From NCBI GenBank assembly GCA_963757355.1, contig CAVWRG010000003.1, forward strand, positions 1,541,120 through 1,605,119: a stretch of 64,000 nucleotides of DNA, in the 5' to 3' direction. A model generated the notes under the pieces. The model did not search any database, was not told the DNA's origin, and saw only the letters and a list, made by a program, of their open reading frames with translations. This DNA comes from an uncultured Acidobacteriota bacterium (GTDB lineage Bacteria; Acidobacteriota; Vicinamibacteria; Vicinamibacterales; CAVVIG01). Both the position numbers and the translations under genes were made by a program. Shown in pieces: positions 28,503-36,862 of this stretch (positions within the stretch are counted from its first letter, which is position 1; every line of letters begins with the position of its first letter).

Positions 28503-29042
28503 TTATGCGACTGCGAGACCGAGGCTCGACAGCACCGCGTTCGTGTCGATCAGGATCACGGTGTCGGCGGTGAGCGCCTTGACGAAGCGCGAGCCAGGGA
28601 TAGTGGCCACGGCATTGCCGGTCGACCCTTTTCCGGTCGACACCAGTTGTGCCGGGTCGATCTGGCGAACTTCGTCGATCGTCTCGATCCTGAGCCCGAT
28701 GGCGCGACCCTTCTGGCGCACCATCACCACGTATCCGCCCGCATCGTCGTCCCCGGCGGGGAGCTCCAGTATCCGGCGGAGATCCGCGACCGCCCTGATG
28801 TCGCCGCGGACGTTCGTCACGCCAAGAAGCGCCGGCGGAGAACCTGGAACGGCGGTGCAGCCGTGGTACGGAAACACTTCAGAGAGCGCCGACAGCTCGA
28901 GGCCATAACGTTCCGTCCCCAGGCCGAAGACCAGCACCGCGATGGTCGTGGATGCCGTGCGGTCGGCCTGCCGTCGGGCCAATTGCTGCGCCCGGCGCAG
29001 ATAGACCTCGTCGAGCACGCGTTGATCCTGGGTCGCCTTCAT
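28503..29042 (-). CDS. cheW: CheW-like coupling protein
   Basis: ATG 29042 overlaps the cheR stop (ATGA). VLVFGLGTERYGLELSALSEV.., LLGVTNVRGDI.. is the CheW fold pattern. Confidence 0.88.
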   Translation of the reverse strand: MKATQDQRVLDEVYLRRAQQLARRQADRTASTTIAVLVFGLGTERYGLELSALSEVFPYHGCTAVPGSPPALLGVTNVRGDIRAVADLRRILELPAGDDDAGGYVVMVRQKGRAIGLRIETIDEVRQIDPAQLVSTGKGSTGNAVATIPGSRFVKALTADTVILIDTNAVLSSLGLAVA

Positions 29043-30451
29043 TTTTGCCAGAGGCCCACGTGCATGTCGGCGAGCTGACCAAGGTCGTCCACGGTGAGGC
29101 CGTCGGCGTCCGGAATTTGCTGGTTCTTGTCCAATCCGGACAGCAGCCGCTGAACGTTGCGGAGCGATTGCATTGCGCTGTCGCGGCGACCCGTCTTGGC
29201 GAGCAGCAGCGCGAGATGGTAGTGCGCCAGCACGAAAGCGCGATCCAGATAGATCGCCCTTCGGAACGCCTGCTCGGCGTCCGGATGATCTCTCATCTGT
29301 TCCATGATCAGCGCCTGATAGAAATGCACGACCGGGTTCAGCCGATCGTGATCGAGCAGCTGCGCGCACGCGCGCGCCGCGTCGATCCAGTTCCCTTCGT
29401 CGGCGAGCTGTCGGATCTGCTCCAGGCCCGTGGGCGCCGGCGTCGTGGGCCACTGATCCGGGGCGGGTCGCGACGAATCAGGAACGGCCGGCAGCACGGG
29501 TGGCGACCACGGCTCCTGCACTCCTGGCGTGGATGGCCACGGTGCCGGTGGCGTCGAGGCAGAGTAGTGGGTGGTGGCTGTGGGGCCATCGCCGTTCTTC
29601 TGATATAGCGTGGCGCCCGGCACGCTCACGGTCCGATATGCGCGAAAGACTTCGGTGTTCGACTCCGCGTGACCGACCGCCAGCCACCCTCCGTCGACGA
29701 GGCACTCATGAAAGCGACCGAGGATGCGCGCGATGACGTCCCAGTCGAAGTAGATCATCACGTTGCGGCAGAGGATCAGATCGAGTGCCGCGATGCCGTG
29801 GACAACCGAGGGATAGGGGTGCTCAACCAGATTGTGGTACTGAAAGGACACCCCGTCTTTGACGAAGGGTCTGACGACCCATGATCCGCCAGACGGCGAG
29901 AACCATTCGCGCTTGACCTCGTCGGGCGTCGATCGCAGCGCGCGTTCGTCGAACTCGCCGCGCGCGGCCCGTGCGAGAAACGTCTGGTTGATATCCGTGC
30001 CCAGGATCTGGACGTCCCACCCTGCGAGCTGACTCGCGAAGTGCTGCTTCAGGAGAATGGCCAGGGTGTAAGGTTCGGCCCCGGTCGCGCAACCAGCCGA
30101 CCAGATACGCAGCGTGCGACGGGCGCGGTTTCGTTCGATGAGCTCCGGAATCGCGACGTCACGAAGCCCATCGAACTGTTCGGTGTGGCGGAAAAAGTAC
30201 GTTTCGCCGATCGTGAGTTGACCGATCAGCACGTGACGCTCGGACTCGCCTGCCTCGCGGTCTTTCAGCAGACCGAGATACGCTCTGCAGCCGTTCAGTG
30301 TCAGGAGAGAGAGGCGGGCGCTGATGCGCGAGGCCAGGTCGTTGTCCTTGTCTGCGTAATAGGCGAGCCCGGTCGACTCGATGAGATGCTGCTTGAGCGA
30401 CGGGTAGTCGGGGTCGAGGAGGAGCGGATGCACGGGAGCCGAAACGCTCAC
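29039..30451 (-). CDS. cheR: CheR methyltransferase fused to C-terminal TPR region (WspC-like)
   Basis: GTG 30451 overlaps the upstream cheW stop (GTGA). ETYFFRHTEQF, LRIWSAGCATGAEPYTLAILL, DLILCRNVMIYFD. The C-terminus has TPR-like helices (AEQAFRRAIYLDRAFVLAHYHLALLLAKTGR). Confidence 0.9.
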   Translation of the reverse strand: MSVSAPVHPLLLDPDYPSLKQHLIESTGLAYYADKDNDLASRISARLSLLTLNGCRAYLGLLKDREAGESERHVLIGQLTIGETYFFRHTEQFDGLRDVAIPELIERNRARRTLRIWSAGCATGAEPYTLAILLKQHFASQLAGWDVQILGTDINQTFLARAARGEFDERALRSTPDEVKREWFSPSGGSWVVRPFVKDGVSFQYHNLVEHPYPSVVHGIAALDLILCRNVMIYFDWDVIARILGRFHECLVDGGWLAVGHAESNTEVFRAYRTVSVPGATLYQKNGDGPTATTHYSASTPPAPWPSTPGVQEPWSPPVLPAVPDSSRPAPDQWPTTPAPTGLEQIRQLADEGNWIDAARACAQLLDHDRLNPVVHFYQALIMEQMRDHPDAEQAFRRAIYLDRAFVLAHYHLALLLAKTGRRDSAMQSLRNVQRLLSGLDKNQQIPDADGLTVDDLGQLADMHVGLWQK

Positions 30452-30957
30452 GACAGCTCTTGGTCGATGTGACGAAGCCGCGTGCTTTCGGTTGCGTGGA
30501 ACTGAGCCAGGATCTGTTGTTCCTTCTCCAGGAGCAGCCGTTCCAGTGAGAGCAGGTGGACGGCACCGCTGCCCGTCGCCGTCAGCCGGCCGTCGACGCA
30601 GCCGTTGAAGGAATCCGATTCCGCAATCGGCAGCACACCGTCGAACGGAATGGAGACGATTCCCGTGACCCGGTTCACGAGGAGAGCGAGCGGCAGCGTG
30701 CCGCCGCGAATAATCACGAGCGGGGTGTGCAAGTCGAGCGGGTCCTGCGGCAACCCGAGCAAACCGGCGATTCGCACGACTGGGAGCGCCGTGCCTCGAA
30801 GATTCAGAAACCCCTCGAGGATCGACGGCATGCACGGCGGACGCGACAACGCGGCCATCGGCACGATTTCGCTGACCGATTCCAGCCGGAGGCCGAAGGG
30901 CTGGCCGGCGAGCTCGAACAGGCAGATGCGAAATCCATCCGGTTGGGAGGTTGACAT
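30448..30957 (-). CDS. cheW: CheW-like coupling protein (second copy)
   Basis: ICLFELAGQPFGLRLESVSEIVPMA.., GFLNLRGTALPVV.. Confidence 0.85.
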   Translation of the reverse strand: MSTSQPDGFRICLFELAGQPFGLRLESVSEIVPMAALSRPPCMPSILEGFLNLRGTALPVVRIAGLLGLPQDPLDLHTPLVIIRGGTLPLALLVNRVTGIVSIPFDGVLPIAESDSFNGCVDGRLTATGSGAVHLLSLERLLLEKEQQILAQFHATESTRLRHIDQELS

Positions 30958-30969
30958 TCGAGCACGCGG

Positions 30970-31605
30970 CTAGATCGACAGCCGGTGAGCTGACTTGTTC
31001 TTGGCGTACTCGTCCAGTTCCTTGGACAGCACGTCGTAGCAGGCCGGGCAAATGCCGTGCGTGAAGTGCGCGTCGCTATGCTGCACGAGATACGTATCGA
31101 CCTGCTGCCAGAAGTTCTCGTCCGATCGGATGCTCTTACAGTAGGAACAGATTGGAAGCAGGCCGCTCAACTGCTTCACCTGAGAGAGCGCCAGTTGCAG
31201 TTCCTCTACGCGGGCCGCGAGTCCTTCCTGCAATCCGAGGACGCGAGCGCCGACGCTCACGCGCGCCAGCAGCTCGCCTTGGTGACATGGCTTGACGAGA
31301 TAGTCGTCGGCTCCCGCCTCGAGGCCCGCGACGACATCCTCGCGGGCGTCGCGGCTGGTCAAGAGAATGAGATAACGGTGCGCCTTGGGCGTTTCGCTCC
31401 GGACGAGCCGGCAGACATCGGGGCCATCCAGCTTCGGCATCATCCAGTCGAGGATCGCGAGCGATGGCGAATCCGGCCGCCGCAGGATCTCCAGCGCTTC
31501 GGCTCCGTCGCGGGCCATCGTCACTTCAAACCTGTCCGGCGTCAGCGTGCGCGCCAGCACTTCAGCGGACAAGCGATCGTCGTCCGCAATCAGAATCTGC
31601 ATCAC
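30970..31605 (-). CDS. response regulator with C-terminal Cys-rich (CxxC...HxxCxxC) module
   Basis: REC: ILIADDDRLSAEVL.., LDWMMPKLDG, ADDYLVKP. A coiled linker, then LPICSYCKSIRSDENFWQQVDTYLVQHSDAHFTHGICPACYDV. Confidence 0.85.
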   Translation of the reverse strand: MMQILIADDDRLSAEVLARTLTPDRFEVTMARDGAEALEILRRPDSPSLAILDWMMPKLDGPDVCRLVRSETPKAHRYLILLTSRDAREDVVAGLEAGADDYLVKPCHQGELLARVSVGARVLGLQEGLAARVEELQLALSQVKQLSGLLPICSYCKSIRSDENFWQQVDTYLVQHSDAHFTHGICPACYDVLSKELDEYAKNKSAHRLSI

Positions 31606-32009
31606 GACCTCACGGGCGGCAGCTCGCGCAATTCGGCCACGAGCTGTTCGACTTCGAATACGAGCTTGGCAAACTGAGGATCGAGGTCTGCCACATCTCC
31701 GCGCTGCGCCATCTCTTCGAGCGCAGAGGCTGCCGCGATCACGCCAAAGGCGGATAAATTGCCTGCGCTGCCTTTCAACGCGTGGGCATCGCGTCGGACG
31801 GCGTCAAGACGACGCGTGGTGACCGCTGCCTCGATGGCCGTCATCTGCGCGGCGTAGTCCTCGAGAAAGAGGCCGAGCAGGTCGGCGATCAGCGCCTCGT
31901 CGTTGCCGAGCCGCTTCCGCATCTCGCGGATGTCCATTCGTTCGGGCGATGTCGGAATCTTCATGTGACGGTAGAGTGACGAAACTGCACACTGCTGCAA
32001 CGCCTCCAC
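31602..32009 (-). CDS. Hpt (histidine phosphotransfer) domain protein
   Basis: LLGLFLEDYAAQMTAIEAAV..RRDAHALKGSAGNLSA (HxxKG phospho-His context). Stop overlaps the RR start. The start could instead be ATG 31964 (MKIPTS..). Confidence 0.75.
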   Translation of the reverse strand: MEALQQCAVSSLYRHMKIPTSPERMDIREMRKRLGNDEALIADLLGLFLEDYAAQMTAIEAAVTTRRLDAVRRDAHALKGSAGNLSAFGVIAAASALEEMAQRGDVADLDPQFAKLVFEVEQLVAELRELPPVRS

Positions 32010-32081
32010 GCGCGGAGGCCGAGTCGACAGCTTCTCGAGACGTTTATCGAGCGTAATCGCGTGTCGCGATAGGTTGGGGGT

Positions 32082-32555
32082 TCACCGGCGACCCAGGAGA
32101 TCGCGCACCGTGGCATGCCAGACCGGTTGACCGAACCCGTACAGGGCAAGCAGAGCCGCGACGACTGCTGCGGCTTTGATGCTCTCGATGCCTTGCGGCG
32201 TCCAATAGACGTCGGCGAGCCGCAGCCACATCGCGAACTCGTCCAAGGTGAGACCGAGCGCGATGCCGAAGACGATGGCGATGCGCAGGTGCCAGGCGGG
32301 GGCGCGGGTCGCCAGCGCGGCGAAGCCGGTCGCCATCAGCAGCAGAATGCCCCAGAAGAGATGATGAATGTGCAGGCCGCTTTTGGTGATCACATACCGG
32401 AACGGGCCGTGCGGAAAGATCTGATAGCGGATGATCGCCGTGATCACGCGCAGCACCGCGAACGTCGCGAGGAAGCTGCCGAGCGTGCGGAGCGCGACGC
32501 GCCGGCCGAGATCGAGATTCCGATAGTGGTGCCGCAGACGCAGGTGTCCAGTCAC
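32082..32555 (-). CDS. hypothetical integral membrane protein (4 predicted TM segments)
   Basis: 157-aa ORF with hydrophobic stretches LGSFLATFAVLRVITAII, HHLFWGILLLMATGFAAL, IAIVFGIALGLTL, AAAVVAALLALYGF. No family recognised. Confidence 0.55.
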   Translation of the reverse strand: MTGHLRLRHHYRNLDLGRRVALRTLGSFLATFAVLRVITAIIRYQIFPHGPFRYVITKSGLHIHHLFWGILLLMATGFAALATRAPAWHLRIAIVFGIALGLTLDEFAMWLRLADVYWTPQGIESIKAAAVVAALLALYGFGQPVWHATVRDLLGRR

Positions 32556-32939
32556 TGGCGGGTAGCATAGGGCGGCGTGCCGCGACCAATCAAATTGCAG
32601 TGGGTCCCGTGTGGCCGTCGAAGGATTGACGTCGGCGCAGTTGTCCTTACGTTGACGTTGCCTCGCGGTTGCCCCATATGCTCAGCGGGTGTCCTCACGT
32701 GGTCAGGCCCGCTTTCGTGATCCGTCGTATGGCGCCGCAATTGTGGTTCGCGAACATCCAACACGCGTTCGAGTTGCCGTTGTTCTCGACGGTGACGACC
32801 ACCGCTCGCGGTTCGGGCCGCCCGAACACGCCGGTTCGTGGCACCGCGAAACGTTGAACCTGTCTGCGGAGTCGCGCCGGTAGCCACGTGTGTGACTACC
32901 GGCAGGACGAGATCGACCGGGGTTTTACCTTCGGGGTGG

Positions 32940-34247
32940 TTATGGATGTTTGTCCACGTGGTGGCGCAGCCACGGCGCGAACGTGACGTTGAGGCCACTC
33001 ACACTCGAGCAGCCGGCGGCGCCGGGCCCTGACGGGCATCCCCAATAGTTCTCGGTCGCATTCACGCCGCCCGCGCCGAGATTCGCGACGCCGATGTGAT
33101 CGTCGTTCACGATGTCGTTCACGTGCAGATCGACATCGACGCCCGTGGGATCGCTCACCACCACAGCGACCGCCTCGCGCTCGATCACATTGTGCGAAAT
33201 GATCGTTCCCGTGATCGCAGAGCCGACGACGTTGCCGCTGCCGTCGCGGCCCGACGCGATGTTGATACCAGTCGGTCCGGGCGTTGCGGTGTCCTCGGTA
33301 TCAGCGCCGTTGCCGGCGATGTAGTTGCCGATGATCTGATTGTCGTTGAGATTTTGGCCTGGCGCGTGGCTGTGCAGCGCGACTCCTGGCAACCCGTTGT
33401 CGACCAGGCGATTGCCGATCACGACGTTGGCGTACGTCGCCGTGCCGGGGGCTGGTGTGAAGATCCCCACGCCAGCGCCCGCACCCTCGATGGCGGTCCC
33501 ATTACGAGCCGACTCATTGCCTGCGATGGTGTTGTGATACACGCCGTTGCCGTGCGGCGCGAAGATCAACGGGACGTGCGATGCGAGCGTGATGCCGCAG
33601 TCGAACACGTTGTCGCGGACGGTGTTGCCGCTAATCAGGTTGTCGTGCGTCGGCCCCGAATCGTCCGTCAGCAGAATGCCGCCAGAATTGTGTTCGATCA
33701 GATTCGTGGCGACAGTCGAATGATCGACGCCGCTCAGATGGATGCCTTCGCCGCAGTCGAAGTCTTCGCCGGCGTGCGAATCCGGCGGAGCCACCTCTGG
33801 ACAGGTGCCGGCAGACGCGTTCAGGCCCAGGTTGTTCGAAACGATCCGATTGTCGCGCACCGTCACGTCAGACGCGTTGGACACGATGATGCCTTCGAGC
33901 TCGGCGTTCTTCACTGTAAAGCCGGTGATGACGATGTGCGCGAGGCCGGGATGGTCCAGGCCGTCCACGTTGATGCCATTGAGCCGGCCGCTCGCATCGA
34001 TGATCGTGTTGTCTGCGTTTTCGCCGACGAGGGCCAGCGCGCGGTCGAGCACGACGTCCTCGGCGTACGTGCCGTGTGCGACCTGAATCGTGTCGCCCGG
34101 CGCAGATGCGCCGACGGCGGCGTTGATCGTGGAGAAGCATCCCGATCCCCCGCCAGGCCTGACGCAGCGCGTCGTCGCGGCGGCGGCATGACCAGCTCCG
34201 AACGCCAAGCTCGCAACGATGCCGATGAGCAGCGCGTGATTTCTCAT
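32940..34247 (-). CDS. secreted right-handed parallel beta-helix repeat protein (NosD/pectate-lyase-like fold)
   Basis: Signal peptide MRNHALLIGIVASLAFGAGHAAA. GDTIQVAHGTYAE, then repeated ..I..N.I..N.. coils (VTVRDNRIVSNN, NLISGNTVRDNV, NVVIGNRLVDNG, NQIIGNYIAGNG). Confidence 0.75.
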   Translation of the reverse strand: MRNHALLIGIVASLAFGAGHAAAATTRCVRPGGGSGCFSTINAAVGASAPGDTIQVAHGTYAEDVVLDRALALVGENADNTIIDASGRLNGINVDGLDHPGLAHIVITGFTVKNAELEGIIVSNASDVTVRDNRIVSNNLGLNASAGTCPEVAPPDSHAGEDFDCGEGIHLSGVDHSTVATNLIEHNSGGILLTDDSGPTHDNLISGNTVRDNVFDCGITLASHVPLIFAPHGNGVYHNTIAGNESARNGTAIEGAGAGVGIFTPAPGTATYANVVIGNRLVDNGLPGVALHSHAPGQNLNDNQIIGNYIAGNGADTEDTATPGPTGINIASGRDGSGNVVGSAITGTIISHNVIEREAVAVVVSDPTGVDVDLHVNDIVNDDHIGVANLGAGGVNATENYWGCPSGPGAAGCSSVSGLNVTFAPWLRHHVDKHP

Positions 34248-34381
34248 GGGAGACTTCCTCTTCTGCGATGGGGTGAACGGCCGCGCGAAGGTCGGGTCCG
34301 GGGGCCCGCCGGGCGAGGAGTATAGCTGAAGATTTCCTAAGGAAACCACGGTGTTCGTACGGCGACCACTCGTGGTTGGTC

Positions 34382-35395
34382 CTATTTGATCCCAACCACC
34401 ATCGAGTCGGGTCCGATGAGCGGCTCGAGACGCGTTGCGGAAAATCCGACGTCCTTCATCCAGGCTGCGCAATCGGCGCCGGTGTAGTCGAACCCCCCTG
34501 GAGTTTCGATGAGCATGTTCAGGCTCATCATCAAGCCGAACGCATTCTTGGACCGATCATCGTCGATGATGGCCTCGTACACGATCAACGCGCCGCCTGC
34601 CGGGATCGCCTCGAACGCCTTGCGGATCAGCATCTTCTTCGTGGGCAGATCCCAGTCGTGCAGGATGTGACCCATCATCACGACGTCCGTTTTCGGAAGA
34701 TCGTGATCGAAGAAGCTGCCCGGGACGAAGGACACGCGGTCCGCGACTCCTGCGTCCGTGGAGTACTCCTTGAATACGGGCGCCACCTCTGGCAGGTCGA
34801 ACCCGGCGCCACGAAGGTGTGGGTTCGCCAGTGCGACTTGCACGGCAAGATCTCCCTGCGCAGTGCCGACATCGACGAACGTGTGGTAGTCCTTCCACGG
34901 AAAGGTGCGCGCAATCATCATGTTGGCCCCGCGGCTGAGGCCCGTCATCGCGGCAAGGAATTCCTTGAGCCGCGCCGGATCAGCGTAGAGCATCTCGAAG
35001 AGACCCGCGCCACCCGATTTGATCTCGTTTTGCGGCTGTCCAGTACGTAGCGCTTCGGTGAGGTGACCCCAGAACGGGTAAAGACGCGCGTTCGCCATCT
35101 CGAGGATGCCGCCGATGTAGGACGCCTTCTTTCGGTCGAGGAACAAGTCGGTCTCGGGCGTGTTCCCGTAGCGGTCGCCCTCGCGCTGCAAGAAGTTGAG
35201 CGCCACCAACGTGTCGAGAAAATCGCGCGCCGCGCGGGAATGGAGACCGAGGCGTCCGCTGACGACATCGAATGGCTCAGGACCGTTCGACAGCTCGGTG
35301 AAGACGCCCATTTCGATGGCGCTCAACAGCGTCTTTGAGGGCCAGAACGCCAGGCCCGTTTGCAGGATCTTCTCGGGTGTCGGTTGCTCGTGCAT
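34382..35395 (-). CDS. class I SAM-dependent O-methyltransferase (family-2 OMT with N-terminal dimerisation domain)
   Basis: [26 protein letters not shown] (dimerisation helix). [12 protein letters not shown] (SAM motif I). [27 protein letters not shown]. Confidence 0.85.
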   Translation of the reverse strand: MHEQPTPEKILQTGLAFWPSKTLLSAIEMGVFTELSNGPEPFDVVSGRLGLHSRAARDFLDTLVALNFLQREGDRYGNTPETDLFLDRKKASYIGGILEMANARLYPFWGHLTEALRTGQPQNEIKSGGAGLFEMLYADPARLKEFLAAMTGLSRGANMMIARTFPWKDYHTFVDVGTAQGDLAVQVALANPHLRGAGFDLPEVAPVFKEYSTDAGVADRVSFVPGSFFDHDLPKTDVVMMGHILHDWDLPTKKMLIRKAFEAIPAGGALIVYEAIIDDDRSKNAFGLMMSLNMLIETPGGFDYTGADCAAWMKDVGFSATRLEPLIGPDSMVVGIK

Positions 35396-35868
35396 ACGCT
35401 CTCCCAATCCGGAATTGGCTGCCGTCGAGAGCAGGCAGCATAACGCAAAAAGGCTCGACGTCAGTTGTGAAGATGATCGCTGGAAGCTCGAAGAGCAGAA
35501 ACATGCAGACACTAACGACCGCGAAAGCCAGGTCGATATGGTGATTCGCGCGGGCCTGCTCCTCAATCGCGATCGACCGGACGATTTGGATCAGCAGCAC
35601 GCCAACATTCGCGACGATGGCCGCGATTCGAGTCGTTCGGTAAGGATTCAGTTGCACGATCTTCGCCGCATGTGCCCCGAGCTTCCGGTGACTTCGCTCG
35701 CCGACATCCTCGCGTTGAGAACCGAAGGATTCTGACCGGCACCCGTTCAGCTTGACACGTTGCAACTCGCAGGATAGACGTGGATTCGAGGCAGTACGTT
35801 CTTGTCCATTCGATTCTGCGAGAGGGCGGTTGATGACTTAGCTGAATGCGTCCACGAGAGGGGGCTCT

Positions 35869-36762
35869 ATGACGATCTGCAAGCGGTTGGCTGTCGCGGC
35901 GTCGTCGATCGTGGCGGTGTGGGCGGGTGCCGTTTCGATGCTCGCGATCACGAATGGCCAGCCTGACGCGGGCAGGCATCCGTACGTCGGGTTGATGGTT
36001 GCGCTCGACGAGGATGGCTTCCCGCTGTGGAGATGTAGTGGCTCCCTGCTCTCGCCGACTGTGTTCCTCACCGCTGGCCACTGCACCGAGCCGCCGGCCG
36101 CTCACATCGAGATCTGGTTCGCGGAGGGGCCCATCCCGACGGATCCCGATTATCTGGCTGCGGCCGCCGCGAGCCCGAACGCGCCGGTCTCGTGCAACGC
36201 CTCGCCCACCTTCGACGGGTATCCGTGCCAAGGCGATGCCGGTGGAACGCCGCATCCCAATCCGGAGTTCTGCACAGGATGCGGTCCGGGGCTGCCGCGC
36301 TTCGCGAACCGGGATGTTGGCGTCGTCACGCTCGATGCGGCCGTGCCGGCAAGTGTCGTCGGCGTCCTCGCGGTTCTTCCACCTGCCGGCCTGGTTGACA
36401 CGCTAGCGAACAAGACTCCGGTCGACTTCACCGGATACGGCGTGCAGTTCCAGGCGCAGATCCGTGGAAGTGAATTGCCACAGCCGCCGCCCTTCTTTCG
36501 GTGGACGGGCCCGCGCGTACGGTTGTTTGCGCCGAGCGAGCTGGTATCGGGCTCATTCGTTCACAGCGACGAATTTCTGCGGTTGGCGCTCAACCCCGGG
36601 GGAGGCTCGGGTGGTTTGTGCTTCGGCGACTCGGGTGGCCCCGACCTGCTTGGCGGCACTGACACCGTCCTCGGTGTGAATTCGTACGTCACGAACATCA
36701 ACTGCTCCGGCGTCGGCTACTCGCAACGGGTCGATGTCCCCGACGTGCGCACTGGATCATGA
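35869..36762 (+). CDS. secreted trypsin-like (S1) serine protease
   Basis: Signal-like N-terminus, LTAGHC (His), CFGDSGGP (Ser). Confidence 0.85.
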   Translation: MTICKRLAVAASSIVAVWAGAVSMLAITNGQPDAGRHPYVGLMVALDEDGFPLWRCSGSLLSPTVFLTAGHCTEPPAAHIEIWFAEGPIPTDPDYLAAAAASPNAPVSCNASPTFDGYPCQGDAGGTPHPNPEFCTGCGPGLPRFANRDVGVVTLDAAVPASVVGVLAVLPPAGLVDTLANKTPVDFTGYGVQFQAQIRGSELPQPPPFFRWTGPRVRLFAPSELVSGSFVHSDEFLRLALNPGGGSGGLCFGDSGGPDLLGGTDTVLGVNSYVTNINCSGVGYSQRVDVPDVRTGS

Positions 36763-36862
36763 GCTGGTTCTAGATCGAAGGGCGCGTCTTCCGCACCAAG
36801 TCTCCTCACTGCCCACCAGGAGGACGCGCCTGTCGTCTCACACCATTTGAAATCCGTATTCC

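Noticed and set aside
28503-31051. Long ORF versions 28503-29453 (316 aa) and 29039-31051 (670 aa) in the che cluster.
   Set aside because: Their N-terminal extensions overlap the upstream CheR and CheW genes and are Arg/Pro-rich. The internal starts at 29042 and 30451 give canonical domain boundaries with ATGA/GTGA stop-start coupling.
35277-35765. 162-aa minus-strand ORF with two hydrophobic stretches in the 470-bp gap upstream of the O-methyltransferase.
   Set aside because: The frame only closes 118 nt inside the well-supported methyltransferase gene and no family signal is present. It may hide a small membrane protein if there is another indel, but that cannot be supported from sequence alone.
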